Source: an uncultured Nitrososphaerota archaeon
GTDB taxonomy: Archaea > Thermoproteota > Nitrososphaeria > Conexivisphaerales > DTJL01
Direction of reading: 5' to 3'
Length of the DNA stretch: 64,000 nt
NCBI GenBank assembly: GCA_963842885.1
Contig: CAWJIE010000003.1
Coordinates: forward strand, 420,253-484,252
Positions 63,138-64,000 of this stretch are shown one piece after another. Under the pieces are notes generated by a model. It saw nothing but the letters and a program-made list of their open reading frames with translations, ran no database searches and was not told where the DNA came from. A program made the position numbers and the translations under genes. The stretch's first letter is position 1, and each line of letters starts with the position of its first letter.

Positions 63138-63397
63138 TGGGGAGGACCGTTCCTTCTTTCAGGATCGCTGAGGCCCAAGAAGCCGAAGAGTGGAAGGCCT
63201 TCAGGAGGGCTCTCCCCAAGGGAGAGAGAAAGCTCTTCGACGAAATGCTGGACACCGCCCGGCTCTACATTTCAGCCTCTTCCTCCGCCGTGAGGACCTC
63301 TCGATTCGAAGGCGTGGCCATGGCCCTCCTCTTCCATCACTTCAGGGAACTCAGGGAGATCATGGAGCTCACCGGAGAAGGGAGGGGCGCCGTGTGA
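63137..63397 (+). CDS. Small helical protein, paralog A (unknown family)
   Basis: 86 aa. The ATG overlaps the upstream TGA by 1 nt. It shares the pattern W+.F..AL....R.LF.EM....(about 20 aa)..E.[LV].M.L.F..H with the next gene. Confidence 0.5.
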   Translation: MGRTVPSFRIAEAQEAEEWKAFRRALPKGERKLFDEMLDTARLYISASSSAVRTSRFEGVAMALLFHHFRELREIMELTGEGRGAV

Positions 63398-63645
63398 GCC
63401 TGGACGGAGGGGAGATGCTCAAGGAGATGGAGAGCTGGAGGGGCTTTGGGGACGCCCTTCGCGCGGAGGACAGGGAGCTCTTCAGAGAGATGATGAGGCA
63501 ATGCCAGGAGCTCCTCCCCGCCATGGAGGCCAAGTCCTCCCCCTTCCCCAGCGAGGCGCTCTTCATGGGCCTCATCTTCCTCCAGCACAAGACCATCCTC
63601 TGGCTGCAGAAGGAAGTGGAAAGGCTCGGGCGCGAGCGGGGATGA
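63394..63645 (+). CDS. Small helical protein, paralog B (unknown family)
   Basis: 83 aa from a GTG in a GTGTGA overlap (or the ATG at 63415). It aligns by eye along its whole length with paralog A. Confidence 0.5.
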   Translation: MSLDGGEMLKEMESWRGFGDALRAEDRELFREMMRQCQELLPAMEAKSSPFPSEALFMGLIFLQHKTILWLQKEVERLGRERG

Positions 63646-64000
63646 ATGGCTGGGTCCTTGACCTCTACCCGGGGGACCCCGGTGAGATGGTCGTCTGGCT
63701 GAAGGAGGGGGCTAACAGGGCGACCAGGCTCGTGGACCGATGGACTCCCCCGTTCTACGTGGCCTGCGACTCCAAGGACGATTTAAGGGCCCTGGCCGGA
63801 GAGGAATGGCTGGCTTCGGAGGCGGAACGGTTGGCCTTCGTCGCCAGATATGCGAAGGTCACCGACAGGGAGAGGAGCGAAGTCCTCGAGATCAAGGTCA
63901 GGGACGCCAAGGCCATGCTGCGCCTCGCCGCCAAGGTGGAGGGCTCGAAGCCCTTCGGCTTCTACAGGATATACAATGCCGACGTGCCCCCCGCGCAGAC
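63642..64000 (+). CDS. polB: Family B DNA polymerase, N-terminal region (partial; continues beyond the window)
   Basis: ATGA overlap with the previous gene. GWVLDLYP....EMVVWLKEG...R...RWTPPFYVA............V....R.......EIKV...........V.......YRIYNADVPPAQ follows the N-terminal domain pattern of PolB enzymes (ILD.DY...G.P.I.L.......PYFY.......IYE.DI.F..RY). Confidence 0.6.
   Translation, partial: MNGWVLDLYPGDPGEMVVWLKEGANRATRLVDRWTPPFYVACDSKDDLRALAGEEWLASEAERLAFVARYAKVTDRERSEVLEIKVRDAKAMLRLAAKVEGSKPFGFYRIYNADVPPAQ

Overview
This is a GC-rich archaeal chromosomal segment. Gene content suggests a Thermoplasmata-like euryarchaeon: class II HMG-CoA reductase, thermopsin-like repeat-rich surface proteins, TATA boxes about 25-30 nt upstream of start codons, and intron-containing tRNAs. 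That placement is inference only; no search or GC count was run.

Bases 1-20 kb are mostly the conserved informational core:
- the secE-spt5-L11-L1-P0 operon, and argF
- the S19e / PDCD5-like / L39e / L31e / aIF6 / prefoldin-alpha / ftsY cluster
- rnp4 and nep1
- two intron-containing tRNAs, two tandem TFB paralogs, a TRAM protein and hmgA

Bases 20-64 kb are metabolic and accessory:
- three paralogous molybdenum-hydroxylase (xanthine dehydrogenase / CoxSML family) operons; one has a Tat signal and a PKD domain fused to its 2Fe-2S subunit
- pyrB, pyrC and mdh
- ADP-forming acetyl-CoA synthetase convergent with iorAB, then pyruvate kinase and sufCB
- a DUF47-PiT pair and a split YeeE/YedE pair
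- two large repeat-rich surface proteins, and several lineage-specific hypotheticals

No rRNA, CRISPR array, transposase or integrase was recognised.

The observations most worth a second look are:
1. A translationally coupled module at 62.06-64.0 kb. It holds a Zn-ribbon / Walker-A-less RecA-fold protein, two paralogous roughly 85-aa proteins and a family B DNA polymerase.
2. An array of 11 slots phased at about 10.5 bp (10 exact CGTTC cores plus one degenerate slot). It lies in a degraded stretch next to a tRNA that also carries a restriction-enzyme-like gene fragment.
3. The Tat + Thr-rich linker + PKD fusion on a 2Fe-2S subunit, which implies an exported Mo-hydroxylase.
4. A standalone protein with an RNxxxH (HEPN-like) motif.
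5. At least 11 well-supported single-base frame disruptions in conserved genes (one more is tentative), including ribosomal proteins L1 and L11. These most likely reflect assembly or sequencing indels rather than biology.
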